64,000 nt of DNA from Negativicutes bacterium (GTDB lineage Bacteria; Bacillota; Negativicutes; UBA1444), in assembly GCA_963665275.2 (NCBI GenBank), contig CAXXIN010000016.1:32001-96000 (forward strand), written 5' to 3'. A program made the translations under genes and the position numbers. The notes below the pieces were generated by a model. The model was not told the origin of the DNA. It did not search any database and worked only from the letters and a program-made list of their open reading frames with translations. How positions within the stretch are numbered: the stretch's first letter is position 1; each line of letters opens with the position of its first letter. Positions 62,403-64,000 of this stretch are shown piece after piece.

Positions 62403-64000
62403 TTACTGGAAGGATTGTTCTGTGCGGTCAATGATTTCGTCCTGGAGTTCGCGGCTGAGGTTGTGGAAGTGGTCACTATAACCTGCAACCCGTACAATCA
62501 GGTCCTTGTACTCGTCTGGGTGCTGTTGGGCGGCTAGTAGGGTGCTGCGGTCAATGACATTGAACTGAATGTGATGGCCGTCCAGGCTAAAATACGACCG
62601 GATGAGCGCGGCCATGTTTTCGAGCCCACGTTCGCCAGACACGACGGAGGGTGTGAATTTTTGATTTAGCAGTGTACCGCCGGTTTGCAAATGGTCCATT
62701 TTGGACGCCGACTTGATGACTGCGGTGGGGCCTTTGCGGTCTGCGCCTTTTTCCGGTGAGATTCCTTCTGATACCGGCTTCCCGGCGAGACGTCCATTGG
62801 GGCTGGCTCCCATAACCGAGCCGAAGTAAACGTGGCAAGTGGTCGGCAACATATCGATGCGATACTGTCCGCCCCGGCAATTGGGCCGCCCGGTGACTTC
62901 ATCATAATATGCCTGAAAAGCCTGGACCATGAGTGGGTCGGCATACGCATCGTCATTGCCGTACTTCGGCGTTTTTTCCTTAACGAGATTTCGAATGGTT
63001 TCACTGCCGAAGAAATTGGCGTCCATTGCTGCCAGCAATTCTTTCATGGTGAAGCGTTGTTTGTCAAAAATGTTGTATTTGATGGCCGCGAGACTGTCGG
63101 TGAGAGTGCCGATGCCCACTCCCTGAATATAACTGGTATTGTAACGGGCGCCGCCTGCATTGTAATCCTGTCCTTTGGCAATGCAATCCTCAACGACGAC
63201 AGACAGGAAAGGCACCGGCATTTGAGTGGCATATAGTTTTTCAATGATATTGTTGCCCTGCACCTTGATATCGACGAAGTGGTGCAGTTGCTTGCGGAAG
63301 GCGGCAAAGAGGTCTTCGTAGGATCCAAAGGTAGTGGCGGCGCCGGTATGTGGGCCGAGCTGGAGGCCGCTTGTTTTATCAAAACCGTCAGTAAGTGTGA
63401 GTTCGAAGATTTTGGGCAGGTTGAGATAACCGGTCAAAATGTATGCTTCAGTGCCAAACGCACCGGTTTCAACGCAGCCGCTGGCGCCGCCTTTACGAGC
63501 ATCCACGATGTTTTTGCCGGCGTTCAGCAGTTCCTGAACAATCGATTCGGTATTGTAAAATGCCGGTTGCCCCCAGCCCTTGCGAGAGATTTCGCACGCC
63601 TTGCGCAAAAAGGCATGGGGGTTCTTGCGGCTGAGCTGGACGTTGGAACTGGGTTGCAACAGAGTCAGCTCGTCCATAGTTTCTAAAATGAGATAAGAAA
63701 CCTCGTTGACTCCATCCGCGCCATCAGGAGTGATTCCGCCGGTATTGATGTTGGCGAAGTCGGTATAGGTGCTGCTTTCTTTTAGCGTGATGCCGACCTT
63801 GGGCGGAGCCGGTTGGTTGTTGAACTTGATCCAGAAGCATTCCAGAAGTTCTTTGGCCTGTTCCCGGCTTAGTGTCCCGGCAGCATACTCCTCTTGATAG
63901 AAGGGCGCCAGATGTTGATCCAGACGACCGGGGCTGAGTGCATCCCAGGGGTTGATTTCACTGGTGACGCCGAGATGAACAAACCAGTACATTTGCAGGG
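62403..64000 (-). CDS. hypD: Glycyl radical enzyme, trans-4-hydroxy-L-proline dehydratase (5' part outside window)
   Basis: GCVE Cys loop, RVAGYS Gly loop; HypD-type motifs ESSTYTDFANIN, EAYILTGY, MLPTTCH. Confidence 0.88.
   Translation of the reverse strand, partial: LQMYWFVHLGVTSEINPWDALSPGRLDQHLAPFYQEEYAAGTLSREQAKELLECFWIKFNNQPAPPKVGITLKESSTYTDFANINTGGITPDGADGVNEVSYLILETMDELTLLQPSSNVQLSRKNPHAFLRKACEISRKGWGQPAFYNTESIVQELLNAGKNIVDARKGGASGCVETGAFGTEAYILTGYLNLPKIFELTLTDGFDKTSGLQLGPHTGAATTFGSYEDLFAAFRKQLHHFVDIKVQGNNIIEKLYATQMPVPFLSVVVEDCIAKGQDYNAGGARYNTSYIQGVGIGTLTDSLAAIKYNIFDKQRFTMKELLAAMDANFFGSETIRNLVKEKTPKYGNDDAYADPLMVQAFQAYYDEVTGRPNCRGGQYRIDMLPTTCHVYFGSVMGASPNGRLAGKPVSEGISPEKGADRKGPTAVIKSASKMDHLQTGGTLLNQKFTPSVVSGERGLENMAALIRSYFSLDGHHIQFNVIDRSTLLAAQQHPDEYKDLIVRVAGYSDHFHNLSRELQDEIIDRTEQSFQ

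Overview
A 64 kb chromosomal segment from an anaerobic fermentative Firmicute, most likely Negativicutes/Sporomusaceae-like (inferred from gene content, about 50% GC by eye, and sigma54 and sigmaH-type promoters). I saw no rRNA, tRNA, CRISPR array, transposase or prophage. Gene content, left to right: a TRAP transporter, PFOR plus a GlcD/GlcF-type dehydrogenase, an ion antiporter, a sigma54-controlled acyl-CoA cluster (2-hydroxyacyl-CoA dehydratase and activator, crotonase, thiolase, Hbd, AbfD, NifU, convergent D-2-hydroxyacid dehydrogenase), a NitT/TauT ABC transporter, paaK-ACT, a P2-type ATPase, pdxST, a eukaryote-type hexokinase, tag, satP, rmuC, aroF, a second GlcD/GlcF pair, a second PAS-sigma54 activator with small neighbouring ORFs, an atypical SdhA-family flavoprotein with a 2Fe-2S partner, an ABC-F protein, fetAB, a Liv-type binding protein, a FadF-like protein and a partial HypD. 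The most notable signals are in intergenic DNA or unusual gene combinations. (1) An unannotated 45-codon leader peptide rich in Phe, Tyr and Trp, with an attenuator, precedes aroF. (2) A sigma54 activator is flanked by two outward-facing sigma54 promoters, one leading into a candidate structured ncRNA and one into microproteins. (3) A riboswitch-like leader that I could not assign precedes the NitT/TauT transporter. (4) The dehydratase/beta-oxidation/AbfD regulon shares an enhancer motif across both of its promoters. The frameshifts in dctM and the ATPase are single-base homopolymer indels and probably sequencing errors. All calls are by eye; no database searches were run.
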